Shown here: positions 1 through 15,000 of the stretch, one piece after another
Layout: the number at the start of each line of letters is the position of its first letter
Position numbering within the stretch: position 1 is the stretch's first letter
The notes under the pieces: generated by a model
What the model was told of the DNA's origin: nothing
Databases searched by the model: none
Seen by the model: only the letters and a program-made list of their open reading frames with translations
NCBI GenBank assembly: GCA_023248155.1
Contig: JAHFFE010000008.1
Span: forward strand, 6,515 to 70,514
Length of the DNA stretch: 64,000 nt
Reading direction: 5' to 3'
Source of the DNA: Candidatus Omnitrophota bacterium
Lineage (GTDB): Bacteria > Omnitrophota > Gorgyraeia > 1-14-0-20-64-10
Made by a program: the position numbers and the translations under genes

Positions 1-3000
1 GCCAATCAAAACGGACAGGCTATACCGCTTTTTGCCGATCAATATGGTTTTGCGGTTGAAGGATCGGTCCGTCAGGTGGCCGTCCGGTTTGATGATCCGC
101 TCTCCGGCAAATCGCAAACCGAGAATGTTTATCTGCAATATAACCGCGATGCGAAGGGCGATTGGCAGATGGTTACCTACTGGGCCACGGACAAGGTTCG
201 TTGGGATGCCGGCCTGAAAGATAATGTGACCGGTCAGACCGTTGGCGGGTATCGCTATAACGAAACACCGCAAGAGCGCCAGCAGTTCGGAAAAACGCTG
301 GTTCGTGTTGATGGTCTGGTCCGGCGCGATGAAGCCGGCAACCTGAAAATTTTGGCGTTGGGCGGGCTCAATACCGAAAAACTGCCGGCGCTGTCTGTCT
401 TGACCAACAACGGTATGCGGCAATTTGAGGATGTTCGTGTCCGGTTCTATACCGATTCGACATTCCATGAAGTTTCGGCCGGGTCCAAGGTGGGTGGTGT
501 CGGTTATGAAGCGAAGGTCGATGGCAAATGGGTTCCTCTGCATCAGCTGGGTATTGTTCCCGAGGGAATTGATACCGACCGTTCCACGGTGCTGGCGCTG
601 GAATCAACCAAGATCTCTATTGCGGTAGACGCGCAAGGCAACTTCACGCTGGGTAAATCGACCGAGGGGCTTAAAGATCTTAACGGTAAGCCGTTGACCG
701 GTTCGTTAGTCGGCCACCATTCGGAAGGCAACTTTAACCTTTATGTTGGCAAGGGCGGCCAGGTCTTTTATCAGGGTGCCCGAGCAGCAGAAGGTTCTGT
801 CGGTTATCAGCGGGTGGTTCAGCCGTTCATCGCGCAGATTCAATCTCAGGGCAGTTATGGAACCGGTTACCCGGTGCAATATCTGCCGTCTGAAAATCTT
901 GAAGGCTATCGGGATCTGATTGCGCAAGGTTTGGGACTCACTACCGAGCAGATGACTGGACTCTACCCGCAAGGGAAAATTTCAGAAGCTTTCTCCAATC
1001 CGGTTATTTCGTTGGCCGACGCCAATATCCGCGTTACGGTCGATGGCGGCACTTATGGCCGCCAGTTGCCGGGCGAGGGTAACCATCTGGAAATGAACAC
1101 ACAGAATGGATCTTCATTCTTGTTAAGCGGCCAGTCGGGGTTGGATCTGGTTCTCGATCGAACAGAGCAAAGCGTGGGCGCCAACCGCTATACGATTTTG
1201 TCCGAATACAACGGAACAGAGGGTGCCACTGTTAAACTGGAAACGCCGTTGGTCATCCACGAATTTTCGGAGCAAATCCAGATTAACCCGAAGGCTGTCG
1301 CTGAGATTCGGAATTTATTTATTCGCGGCATGGAACGGTTCAAAGGTATGGCTGCCCCTGATTTTGTCAGCGCGATGAAGGACGAATTGCAGAATTCGGT
1401 CAGCCGCTTGACGGCCAGCGGCGTTACACAATCGGTTGAGCCGGTCTACCGCGTTGTTTCGCGGTTTGAACAGCCGGCGCAAGATCCATTGACCAGCCGC
1501 ATGGAATTAACACCGCTCAACGGCCGTATGGTTACGCCGGCCATCCAGGGTGATTCACTCAACCCGGCCTCGTCCATTTCCCTGATGGGAACCAATTACG
1601 CTGTTGGTTCCAAAATTGCGTTTGAAGGCCGGCCTGAGGGGCTGACATTGGCCACATTAGAGGAAGGCCGTGCCTGGAAATCGACCGTGGTTACTAATAC
1701 CGATTTCTTAAAGGCGGTTGGTCTTGAAAAGAACCAGGCGGTCGTAGTGATGCAGCACTATACCTCGGGTAATACGCGCGTGCCACAGGTATTGCGTTCT
1801 ATCAGCGTGGTCAATCCGTCTACCGGCAATAGCGAACTAATGAGCTATCGGTATGATCCAAAATCGGGCGCCGATGTTGGAAGCGGCCAGTTTAGCCTGC
1901 CATTGAACAGCACTCTGGAGTCGCTCCAGAAACAGTTCGGTTCTGTGGATGTTGATGGTTTCGATGCCGGTGCCGGGTTAGAAGTGGTTGGAATGACTGA
2001 TCTGCCGAAGATGACTGCCGTTGCTCTGCGCGAGCAAGGGCAAGAATTAACGCTCGGCATTCAGCGGCAAATGGCTCCGCAATCCGACCAGATGCTCCGG
2101 TTTACGGCTGGCATGGAAGCGGTTCTACCAGGATTGCTTGGCGAACTCGACCGGCAGGGTGTTTCTTTAGAGGCGTTCTTGGGTGCCACTGAGTACGGTC
2201 CAACCTATTCCGGCATGCTAAATCCTGTTTTAGCGGATGCGGCTGACGCTTCCTCCAACAGGGAATTGATCGGCATCGCGGTGCTGGCGCCGGAAGTTAC
2301 GCCGGTTGGCCGGCCGGTTCTGCAGCAAGCGCTGGTTCAACAGCTTTGGCTGGGCCGCAATGGTCAGATCGCTTATGACATCGTTAGCGGACGTGACACG
2401 GCGGTGGAATTGGTTCAATTCTTCGATCCGAAAACCGGCCAGCAGGGCATCGTCACGAACGATCGCACCGGCAACTCCATTTTCTTTGCCAAGGGAACCG
2501 AATGGATCATGCCGATGAAAGATACTCCTACCGTAGATATTGCATGGAAAGCCGAAGCGTTTAAGGTGGAAGGAATTTCTCTAGTGCTCGGCCAGCAAAC
2601 GGCCTGGTTGTTTGATACCAAGAATAACCGGTTTGCCCAGTTGGAAATTAATGGACAAAAAACACAGCCCGACAGTAATGGCTGGGCCCGCATTAATGAG
2701 GGCGATATCTATCAGCTCAGCCGCGACGACGATCCCCGCCGTTTGGAACGGCAGAAAGACGGATCGCTGGCTCCCACCATTGTCTCAACAAACACACTGC
2801 CACCTTCGATGCGCGCCGACACGCTTCCGGTGGCGGAAAAGATAACACCCGAACAACAGTTGGAGCAGTTGAAAGCTTCTGTGAAAAATGTCCGCGACCA
2901 GTTGGGTGAAGCGTTAGGTTCCGAGAGCGCTCCCGGAAAACTGCAAACCCAGACGCGCGAACAGGAAACCCGGCTTGCGCATCTGTATGGACAGACACAG

Positions 3001-6000
3001 GAGCCCGGTGTCCAGCAATCGCGCGACCAGAAACCGCCGGTTAAGCTGGAGGATAAACAGCTGGCTTTGTTGGTTGGTACGGCTGATGAATATGTGAAAC
3101 AGGTCGATGCTTTCCTGAAAGACGGCAAAGCGCTGTCGGAAGACAAAATGAAGGCGCTGTTGGCTTCCGGCAACACGCTGTTGGAGAAAACCAAAGAATA
3201 CCTTGGCAACAAAGATTTCCAGGAACAGTTCGCGGTACTGCAAAAAGCTTCAGGCCAGATGGACAAGCAGCTGACCAAACTCGAGCAGGACTGGAAAGAC
3301 GCCAAGATGTCTCCCGAGCAGAAACAATATCTGGGCGCTCAGCTGCGATTTATGACGGAACAGCAGGCCACGCAGGCGATCCTTTATAGCAAGGCCCAGC
3401 CGCTGGTTGCTTACCAGGAAATGTACCGCGCGGTTACCGAAATCCGGCAAGAACTGGGATTGCGGGGCGAAGGGTTTGCCACGCCGGTCGCCCTGCCCGA
3501 TTCGCTGGCAGAAATCGGTTCCCGGCTTGAAGTACAAGCGCGGGTTATGGATGGTCTGGAAGAACGCCTCCAGGGTTTGCCCATCGCCAAACAAACGGAG
3601 ATTCTGAACGGATTAACCGAACAAACCAAAGCGCTCAATGCCGATCTTGGCAAAGCGTTGGACGACAAAGGAATTCAGGAAAATCTGGGCAAACTGGCTT
3701 CTGATCTTGAAACGATCGTGCCAGATGTTCTTCTTCTTAAGGGCCGCGTCGACAGCTGGGTCAGTTTGGGCCGTCCGGCCAGCTTCACCGTGGACGGCGT
3801 TGATCTGCGTGTTGAGGCCGCGAGTATCGGCTCCAAGCTCGATTCATTGCGCCAGGCTTATCCGGTCACTCGACTGGGCGAACTGGTTGCCAATGTCCAA
3901 CGCAATGCCGGTGATCTTGCGGTCCAATGGAACGAAAAGAACACGCTGTTGGTTCCGATGCTGCAGCAGCAGGCCGCGCAAAGCGCATTCGAATCCAAAT
4001 ATAAGCAAGTAGCTGCTCCGTTGATGGCTATCTACGGCAAAGTCTACGAAGCGGTGGATCGCGTTTATGACAAACAGGCCGAAGGGTACATCCGACGAAT
4101 TGCCGAAAGCACGGCGATATTATTGGAAAAATCAGCAGGAATGGAAAGGGCAGAGGCCACTCTTCGATCGATTGATCAGGCGAAACTTGGAAGTGATCAG
4201 CCCGCTTTCCAGTCCAGTCAGGAAAAGAATCTTGCGCGAACCGCTGATGCGCTAAAACCGGAAATTGCCGTCCTGAAAAAAGAGATCCAGACTGAACAGG
4301 CCGCGTTGCACGCCATTCGAGTGGAACAGCATGCTGCGTGGGACAGAGATGCTCCTCAGCAGGTTCTTTATAAAATTGATGAGAATGGCGAAAAAGTCTA
4401 TTTACGAAAAGATATGGCTGCTACCAATGATGTTGCCAAGCGGACCAATGACACGGTTAATACGCGGGTTTTATACAGCATTCCGAATGAGAAGACGAAG
4501 TCCTGGTTAGAGCTGAATGCCGGCTCTTTAGCGGTCGGTTCCGCGGATGGGAAGATCGCTACGCGCTATGTTTTGCAGCCGGCCAAAATTGATCCGGCAA
4601 ACGAGAATACGGTCTTAGCTCCGGAACGGATGTTGCGCATGACCGATTACGATCCCTCTAAAGATCCACAGCAGCGTGTTCATGTTGAGGAATCGTTGGG
4701 TGAAATCCGGTACGACAGCAATAAAAACTCCAAAGAACTTCCATTTGTCGGAAGTTTCAAAGATCCGGAGAGAGCCGGTCGGAATATCCGGCTGCTTTCA
4801 GAAACGAAATTCCTGAATCCCAGAGAAGCTGTTCGGGTTGAGCGCTTCAGCGGAGAATCCATCTACGAGCAGGCGGCAATTCAGGGAATGGATAAAGAAT
4901 TACAGCAACAGTCGTTTATCGACATTAATAAAATTGACACGAACAAGAATAAATTCCTTGTCAACGCGCGCGCTACCTATATGCGCCTGGCGGAGAATGT
5001 TCCCGGATATGCTGATTTGCGGAACCGCGCCAATATCGCCCAGCAGGAAACCCGCCTCTATTCAAATATAACCGATAATCCTTACCGGGGTACGGTTTTG
5101 GCCAGTGACGCCTACGGCATTTCTCGCGAACGGATCACTCGTGCGGATGATTTTTACGAAGAAACTAAATTTGTTGGACCCGGCGCTACTGAATCGTATC
5201 GGATAGAAAAAGCAACCGGTTTGGCTGATGGAGCCACGCATGTTGCCAAGTATGTTTATACCTATTACGACGGAGAAAAAGCAGTCAGTAATTACATTCG
5301 CGGCTCAGAAACATTTATTAAGGCTCCGGACGGAATCCGTCGCGGAAGCGATGTCCATCCTGATCAGTATGTAACGCCGTTGAATCCGAAACCCGTTGAG
5401 TTGGCAATGATTAAAGCCGGCGACCCCAAGAAGGGGTACACGCTGGACCCGTATGGCACGAGCGCTATGAAAGATTTTGTCGCGGCGCCGGCCAACATTC
5501 CTTTTGGAGGCAGTGAAGGCCGTATCTTGGCGCAGGTCGCCGAGATGCCGCAGTTGAAATTCAAGAGCGAGGCCTCTTTGAAAGAGAATGGCGTAGAGAT
5601 CTATGAAGCGAGAACCAAAGTCGAAAAAGCCGAGCAATTAAAAGTCCGCGACACGGGATTCATGCAGATGGACAGCAGAGTTTATGGCGAATCGGGTGAT
5701 ACCACCGGCAATATCCAATTCGTGGTTCGGAAGGATGATTTCGGAAATCTTCATGTCGATACCAAGGAAAACTACGCGTTTGTAAAAGGCGTTTGGGTGA
5801 ATGCGCGTGTTTTGGCTGTGGGACCGGTGGCGACTTCTATCTGGAACGAAAAACGGTATAACCCCAACCATGTCCAGATTGAAGGCGGAGAGCGATTTAG
5901 CCCTGACCAGCTGAATGCGTCTTATTCACGAATTGAGATTAATAAGGCTGGAGACGCGGAAGAGCGCGTTTATTACGGCAGAACACTGCTCAATTCCGAA

Positions 6001-9000
6001 GAACAGAAATTGAACTATCCCGATAAACCGGACGAACAGGTGATTGCCGGAATTTATAACAAGTTGGATGGAAGCTTTACTGGTAATACCCGAATGATCG
6101 TTCCTTATTTTTCTGATCCGAAGGGCTTTGTTCCTTTCCAGATGCTGTATGGCGCTTTCCATGTCGATCAACTCGGGCGTTGGGCGGCCGGTCCGGATGG
6201 GAAGGTAGATACTTTCATGGGAAATATGACGCCCAACCAGTTTGCCTGGACAACGGCTGTATTTCGCGAGGCGCTTATTTTTGAAGTCGGCGGTTTAGCG
6301 ATGAAAGGTCCTACGCTTGGGGGAGGTATAGGCAGAGGTTATCAGACGGTTGTTGGATGGTCTGCTGGTGCTGCCAGCCGCCGTGCGATTGTAGGACTGG
6401 GAGAGCAAGCTTTTGTTCAAGGTGGTAAAGCATTGTCCGAAGCGGGTATTTTGGTGGGCCGTTCTGCTGCTGCGCAAGTCTATACGCGGGCCTATTCCAA
6501 CGCGGCTGCGCGGCTGTTGTTTAAACCGGTTGGCCAGACGGTGGCAACGCTGGCGGATGACTTGGCCGTAGCGACCGTATCGCGAATCTCGGCGCAGGTG
6601 AGTGTCCATGGCGCCGGGTATCTCTCCGCGAATATTATAGGCCGTACCGGTATGCAGATAGCGACACCGTTCCTGACCCGGCCGGCAATGTCATGGCAGG
6701 CGTTTAGAGAAGGCGCTGGTCAGTTCTTTAGCTCAGGGAAAAATGGATGGGTTTCTCCGGAAAATATAAAAACACTACTTATCCGGACGCCGTTAGATAT
6801 TCAATTCAGGATGAACCCCGCCTTTTCGCTGGCATCAAACCTGGGATTGCTGATTTCTGACCGGATGGGGACTCCGATGGTAAATCAGTATGGGTTGCCG
6901 ACCTCCAACGGATTTTTCTCTACTCATTTCGCTGCCGACCGGCATGGCAGCGAAAATCTCTTTACCGCTGAGAGCTGGAAAAATGCTGTTATGCTGACCC
7001 CGATTATGTTCGCGTCCCAGCCGATTTCCAGAGCGTTGGGCGGATTGATCGGGTTTAACCAGTTGGCTCAGCTTAAATCGGCAGCACATTCTTCAGTGAT
7101 TGCCCAGTATTCGGTCCTCTATATGGATATGAAAGTTCTTTTGCCGGCCGCCGAGGGCGTGATTGTTTCGGGATTGGAAACGGTGGGAATTCCTTCCAAA
7201 GTAGAGGTTTTTGGGTTCTCTTTCAGTCCGTCTGGTTTGATTGCTCAGGTGGTTTCTTTTGGTATCATTGCGCCGCAAATTACACCGAATGCCGGGAAAG
7301 CCGCGTCGGCAGAAGTTTTAAGAACCGAGTCGGCCGATGCCGCGGCGGGCGCTTCCAGAGCGTTGACCGATATCGCCGGCCGTGAAGCCAGAAACCAGCA
7401 GGCCGTACCGCCTGCGACCGAAACTTTGGCCGGAACAGGAGCCGTTCAAGAAACCGTGGCTCGGCAGGTGGATATGGCAGAGCAAACGCAGACGAGCCAG
7501 CAGACGCGGACTGTTGCGGAAACTGAAACACCCGAATTAATCAGACTCAGTGATACGGCGCGGGAGCAGGTACCGGATGCCGAAGGCACCTTGAACCGAT
7601 TGCTCGTTCTTCCGGTGACATCCGGAAGTTCTGCGACCGGAGCGGAATTAGCCGATGTGACAGGATCTTTGCGCGCTTATTCGGGAGAGGCACGCGCCGG
7701 CGCCGGCGATTCCACTTTCCGCGGCGCGCTGCGCCAGGGTGTGGAACATGCCATGGGGATGCTGCAGTCCTGGTTGACAGGCCGTTCTGAACCCGGTAAG
7801 GCGCCAACGGCTACCGAACAATTGGATCTTTTGACTGCCGTGGATAATTTAGCGCAGGCGGTTGAAGCGACAGGTCTTGGGCGAAAACTGGGCGACAAGC
7901 TGGGTGATCTGGCAGGGCAGGCGGCAGGGTTTAAGACTCCGGAATTAAATGCGCTGGCTCCGTCTGCCGCGGCTCCGGCCTCGATTAGAGCGCTTAATTT
8001 GGGTCAATCGTTGCCGCAGAATCTGCAAAACGCCGGTGTTGCTTCTTCACGGGTCGCCGTTGTCGCCGGAAAACTGGGCGAAGTGGTTGCTCGGGTTCCC
8101 GATCAGATCAGACGGATTTCAGGCAGCAGCCCTGAAACCGCGGCTGTAATTACAGTGGCGATAACCCGAAGCGTCGCTTCCTTGGCGCGCTTTGTGCCGG
8201 AAGGGGATGTTCGCTCCCGGCTGGTCCAGGCCCCCAGAGCGGCCGCTGCCGAAATGGCGAAAATAACGCCGCGGCAGGAAACGACCCCGCCAACCGTTAA
8301 AGTTGCCGCTGCTCCGGAGACAACTCCCGCGCAGCCGCAGACTGCGTCAACATCCGACGCGATTCAGATCCGTTCCGTTGAAAACGGAAAAGCGGAAGAG
8401 ATACGGATCAAGCTTGATTCAGACCGTTCGAATGTTTCCTCAGCGACCGATCTTTCCGGGCGGCTTACGCTGACAGTAGACACGAAAGGCAACCTGACCA
8501 TTTCCGCCGAAGGAGAATTGCCGGCCGAATTGCGTAACAGCCGTGTCACCCTCACGCAAGATGGTAAGCCGGTTAACTCAAACGGCCGCGAATTAAACGG
8601 TAAAGTAACGCTCGGGTCTTTGCTCGATAAACCAATTCAGGTCAATACCGATAAAGATTCCGTAAAGATCCGAATCAACAGCGGCAAAGAAGGAACTTTT
8701 GAGGAAACTGCTCAAAAAGCGGCGGATAAGACAGCTGAAACCGCGCGTCCGCGCGAGACCGAGCCGTCCGCTCGTCCGAAAGAATCGTCGTTCCGCGATC
8801 AGGTACGCGCTGTGTTTAACGAAGCCGGCCGCGATTCGGACCAGCAATCATTTGTTACGCAGCAGGATGTTGTTCACAGTACATTCGACGGTGTTCGATC
8901 CGAATTCAACCAGTTAATCGAGCAGGCCGCCAAAGCGGCCACGCCGGAAGCGCGGCAGGCGCTGCTGGAAAAGGCCGTTCAACGGCTGGATCAGATGATC

Positions 9001-12000
9001 ACCGTGGCCGAAGAAGCGCTGGGAGCCATCGGCCGTAAAGGACTCAACGCCGCCGAAACCGGCAAGCTGGTGAACCAGCTGTTTGAAGATGTTTCGAAGG
9101 GGTATGACTTGCTGGCCGATACCGCGCTGGCTGCGGCTGAAGCGCGCGGAGGGAACGCGTCCGGACTGGTGGCTTCGATGGGTCAGTCGTTCAGCCGGAT
9201 GGCCGATTTCGCGGGCAGCGCGGCGCGTCTTCTTCAGCAGGCCGGCGCGAAACCGAGTGAGCTGATCACGCTGATCGGAAAAACAGCGGAACGGCTCATG
9301 GGCGCCGATGGCAAGAGCGGTTCGTTTGGAAAACTGCTGGCAATTTACGATGCCGTTGTAAAAGACGCGAAGGCGACCGCTGCCCAGCGGACCGAAGCCG
9401 TTGTTGGAATTTCCACGGCTGAAGCCAGCCTGGGCCGGTATGTGGAGAGATCATTGCAGACGGCCAAAAATGCCGGAATCAAAGTCAATGCCGAAGCGCT
9501 CGGCAACATGTTCTATGAATCAACCAACGAATACACCAGCCGCATTGAGCAGTTGGATGTCAATAAGTTCGGTGAGTTAACCGCCAATCAGGCCGGTCAA
9601 CTGTTCGGCAATGAACTGGCCGCGATGGAATCGGCGCGCGACGCGTTTGCGGCGGTCCGTTCATCCGGAGGAAAAGTGAACCTTGGGCGGGATGGAAAAC
9701 TGTTCGGCAGAATGGCAACCGCTGTTAGCCGGCAGATCACCGCGGTATTTGCCCAGACGAAAGCCGGCTCCGAACAGTTCTTCGCCGCGGTCGAGGCGTC
9801 GTCGCGGTTGATGGAAGATACCCGGTCGCTGGAGCAGGCCAGATTGTTGGAGAAGGGTGCCGCCGGCGATTTAATCCGTTCTCAGATGAAGACGCTTTCT
9901 ACTGCGTTGGATAAATTGGCTGGAGGCAGTAACGAAATAGTTGCCGCCGGCCAGGAAGCTGAAACATTATTTGTTTGGTTTGAAGCGCTCGTCGGCAGCG
10001 ACGTTTGGTCCGGGTTGGATGCAAACCAGCGCGCTGTTATTCTTGGTTTCTCGATCGAAGCGCAAGCATCGTCTCAGCTGGCTGGTGTTCGCAGTGAGGA
10101 ACAGCATGCCCGCGCGGGTGCTATTTTCCCGCAGCAGGCTACTCGCGGCGCTGGAGCATTCCGCAGCCGGTTGCAGAATGAGGTTCGGAATCTATTCAGC
10201 GATCCCAACCTTTCTGCCGACAGCAAACTTGAGTTGGCTAACCGGGTTGACCGTACTGAGAAGGCGACCCGTTTTGACCGCGCGACCCTTCGCGCCAAGA
10301 ACCAGGCGCGCGCTCAGGCGGCCGATGTGTTTGCTGACCAGGCGCGCGACAATGCGGGAACCGCGGCCGGTACGGCAGCTGCCGTTAAATGGGCAATCGC
10401 TCGCCGGACGCCGGCCGCCGATCGCCTGTTGGAATCGACCGGCGCTACGCGGTCCGATAAATCGCGCGGTTCTCCGGAGGATCTGGCTTCTCGTGCTGCG
10501 CAAGCCAATACCCCCGAATCCCGCCGTGCTGTTTCCGAAATCTGGGCCTCATTAAAACAGGAACTTCGTCAGCGCTCCGACTTTACTTCTGAAAGAGAAC
10601 TGGATCTCGACAGCCGCCTCTCCGGCCGCGCTCCCGAAACTCCGCGCGAATCGCCGCAGGAATTAATCGCGAGAACGGCTCCCGCTCTGAACAAAGCGGC
10701 GCAGGCCAAGTTGCAGAAAGCTCCCGTGGAACCGGTTGAAGTGGTTCGCATCGATAAGGCGGGCCGCAACGCGCTGCCGGGCTTGAAAGAACTTCCCAGC
10801 GGAAAAGACAGAGACACAATCATTGAAAACAGGATCCAGTCGATGTCCGATCAAAAACGGCTGGAAACGCTGACCAAGCAGACTGAGATTGGCACCAAAG
10901 ACGGAACCCCTGTGCTCGCGCTGCAGGTTGTCGAGGGCGATCGCGGATTCTTAATCTCTCTGGATTCCCGCCTCTCCACCGGCGGCACGGTCCGTCAGCG
11001 CGTTGCCACTGAGCTTGTCCGCCGCGCTGAGGTACAGATCCTTAGCAAGAGCCAGTTAGAAACGGTCTTCCGCCAAATGCATGCGGACAATGCCTCCGGG
11101 AAAACGATAGAACTTCCCGGCGGAAAATCACTGCCGAATATTGCGGCGGTTCGCGAAGTGATTGATCAGGTGGTGGAAGGGCCGGTCCGTCGGGTCGTTG
11201 AGGGAGATGGTTTGCAGGCACTGTTTAAATCAGGCTCGGAAATCGACACGCTCTCTAAAAAGATTGGCGAGCAGCTTGACCAGAAATTGCCTGTGGTCGA
11301 GGCCACGATAGTCTTGAACGACCGGCCCACCGATGTTGTGATGACCAACGAACTGGCACGTGAGATAGTGAAAAAACTGTCCGAAATCCGGAAGCCGTTT
11401 TACGCGAAAGAAGCCGAATCGGCCGTGACAACGGTACTGGAAACGGTTGTGATTCCGGAGGGCGCGACACCGCAACAAAGAACCGCCGCGATTGTTTCCG
11501 CATTGACCGGCAAGATTATCGAGCCGATGAAAGCGGCCAAGCCGGATGCGACCAACGGACAGGATATCGTCGTTACGATCACCGCCGATGGAACGGCCCA
11601 TAAGGCTCCCCGCGCAGATTTTGTGAAAGCAATGGCCGGCACTATTGGCGCGGAAGTAGCCGAGCGATTGGCTTATGAAGGAAAATTGGATCAGCTTACT
11701 TCTGATCAGACGAAAGAACTGGTCGGCAAACTTTCTGATACCGTCCGGTCAGTTGAAGCTGAAACGCTCGATGGATTGCGCAAAGGATTATTTAATGACG
11801 AGCAGATCATCCTTAACGACGCGGCCGATAATGCCATCCGCGGTGCCATTGTTCCCGTACTGGCGTCCAGAGCTGAACAATTGGCGAGGGAAGAGTTAGG
11901 GCAGACCGATCGGATTAATTTCCATAAGCCGGCGGAAGGCAAAGATTCATTAACGGCTTTAAAGAATACCGAGACCCGGTTGCTGAATGAAACCGGCACT

Positions 12001-15000
12001 GCCCGCGGCAGCCGCGAACATGCGGTGATTCTGATTGATTCACTGCCGCGTTTATTCGAGCAGAGCCAGCGCAACGGTCTGGCGTTGTCCGGGAAAGCGC
12101 TGTCGGAAGATCTTTCGAAAGAAATTACTGCCTCGGCCGATTTTCATGGCCAGCTAGCCCGCGATGCTCGAACTCAATTGGTTAACAGTTCTGAAAACCA
12201 TACGGCGTTTGGCTCGAACGAGCAGGTCAGTTCGCAGATTGACCGCGGCTGGAATAATATTTCGATTGATCGGACCTCTCTGAAACAGGGACAAGTCGAT
12301 CATTTGACCAGTATTGTCCGGCTGGAAGCGGCCGGTTTGGTGCGCGACGCGCTGGAGCCGTTTGCCGTATCGGGAGCTACGCAGGATCAATTTAATAAGG
12401 CCGGTCTCACGCCCGCGTTTATCGAGCGGTTGGGCTATGACAGCGATGGTTTGAAACTGGAGAGCGGTAAGACGGCCTATGCTCCCGAAACCGTTCAGAC
12501 TGTTCGTGGAAAAGTGGATTCGGAAGCGCGTGTCCGCGTGCGGGCCGAACAAGTTCGGGACCTCAAAGGTTTCCCATCGATTCGGCCTGAGCAGTGGGCC
12601 GCGATCCGCAATATCGCCATGGGCGATAAATATTCCGTAGAAGCGCTCTCGACCGGCGGTGGGAAAAGCTCATTTGTTTCTCCGGTGCTGGCGGCTTTCA
12701 TTTATGACACCACCGGTGAGAAGGTCGTCGTGGTCTTCAGTGATGCCGGATTAATGAAGGCCGGTTATAACGATGCCGCCCGCGTATGGGGTGTCGGAAA
12801 ATATTCAGACAAGCCTGGGTTGACCACCAATGGAAAGAGCGACGGACCAAAATTCGACGTCTATCTCCACGAGACCGGACATATTCCTGAGCGGCTCGAT
12901 CCCGAGCTGGAAAGTGCCAATATCATCTACACGACGCTTGAAGGTCTCAAGTCGGCCTCGTTGGCCGAGAAACTGGGGACTTCTCCTAATGCGTTCGAGC
13001 CGTTCCGGCAGGCCAACTATCTGATTGACGAGTTCGACACGCTGAAGCTTGATCCCGATCTGCAGGGAACGCTGCCCGGCAGCGGCATTACGCTGGCTCA
13101 GTTTGGACATGTGCAGACCCAAGTGGAAACCGTGGTCCGTTATATCCGCGCCACCTACGGTGAATCCGCCGTGGAAAATTTCCGGGAAGGCAAAGGCGGT
13201 AATGGTCTGAGTAATTCCATCGAGCAGTCTCTTACCTATACGGAAACTGAACTGTCGCCAGAGCTTCGCATCGTTGCGAACAGGGGCGATATCCATGAAA
13301 TGTCTGCAATCGGTCTAGAAAGAACAGCCAATGGGAATTATCGCTATACGCCACGGCATGACCAGGTTCATTTCAGCCCTGAATTTAAAGAAGGTTTAGT
13401 GGAGTATCTGCGCGAGAAGAGCGTCAGCCTGGAGTTGAAATTCAATCAGGATACTCAGTTCAGCGATTTTGTCGATTCTCCCGAAGGCCAGCAGTGGATG
13501 GCCGCGGCCGATGAAGTAGCCCGCGCCGTGACGGCGATTCACGGCCGTGATTTCGCGACGGACGCGACGCTGGCCGATGGCACCATCAGCAGCCGCAGCC
13601 CGACGCGGCTGGTTCCGGTCCACGAGGCCAGCGGCGGTACGCAGACCCGCCAGCATTGGAGCAATCCGTATCAGGCGGCTGCCTATAACGAAGTTTTGTC
13701 CGGAGAATTCCTCAAGAGTTCGCCGCTGCCGGCCGGTGAAATCCAACTCGATCCAACCAGTACGCGCGTCAGCACGAACGATGTTTTGGCCGATATCCGT
13801 GCCGGGCATATTGCAGCCCGAGGTGAGAACGGAACGGGTCCGCAGCTTCGTATTCATGGTTATTCCGGAACCGGTATTCAGGGCGGCGGCGGTCGTTTGC
13901 TGGGTCGTCTCTTCGGTGTGACGGTGCCTGATGTTGAGGCGCGCGCGGAGAATCTGGGAAGCTTGGCCGCAGATCAGTTCACCGTTTTACGCGGTCCCGA
14001 TGCGATGCAACAGGCGCTTTCGCAGTCTGCGCGCGTCACGATTGATGTGACCACCGTGCTGGATTCGAAGATCAACGAGACTCTCTGGCGCAGTGAGAAT
14101 CAATCGTCTGCCCATGTTATTCGCGACGGCGAAGGCAATTTCTGGTATTTCGAAAAAGGTTCCAATCAGCCCCGGTCGATTGATTATGCCGACGCGCGCC
14201 TGCTGGCGCTCAATGACAATGTCCGGTTCTTTATTCATCGTGCCGGAAGCCGTGGTCTCGACCTGCCGATTCCGGAAGGCGCCGGCATCCGTGTTCTGGT
14301 CAGTGACAGCACCGGCCTCGACGCGCTGGAACAGGCGCTCGGCCGTTGGCGCGGTGAGTACAATCACCAGCTGTGGGGTGCCGACAACTACAAGCCTGGA
14401 ATCGGGCAAGTCCAAAAAAATCAGGTTGATCTCGTGATGATTGATTCACGGGAAACCGGGCCGAATACAATCTCCAAGGGTGAGTTGGAGAATATGGCGG
14501 TCCAGAACCAGAACCGGGCTGTTGATCCAACGGCCTTAGGCCAGCAGATTCAGACCACTTTCTCAACCCGCGCGCAGTGGCAGTTGGGCAAGATGTTGAC
14601 GATTGTGCAGGCCAGTCCTGGCAGCGAGGCATGGGCGGCTCCTCTGCGGCAGAAACTGAACGATTTGATGGAACATAATGCAGCGGCTGCCAATCATCAG
14701 CAGACCGGAACTGCTTTGCAGTCAGGCGAGCATCAGCTTGTCGAAGCAGTGCGCAACGGCCTGCGGGGTGAAGTTTCAGCCATGGCTGAGGTTCGTTCGT
14801 TGGAAGCTTCCGGTGAGTATGGCCCATTGCCTGCAGAGGCAAAGGCCATTCTGGAAGAAACGTTAAGCAACCGCGTTGCCGATTTTGAAACCGAAGGCCA
14901 TCTGCTGACCCGCAATGAATTGGGACAGATTGCCGCCGGTAAGGGATCTGAATTAACGGCAGACACGCAGGCTGTTTTAATCCGCGGCGGCTACGCGGAG

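Noticed and set aside
12868-12882. HExxH zinc-metalloprotease motif (LHETGHIPE) inside giant protein 1.
   Set aside because: A 5-residue motif is expected about once by chance in more than 7,500 aa. It lies between the Walker A and Walker B motifs of the NTPase core, with no flanking metalloprotease context.
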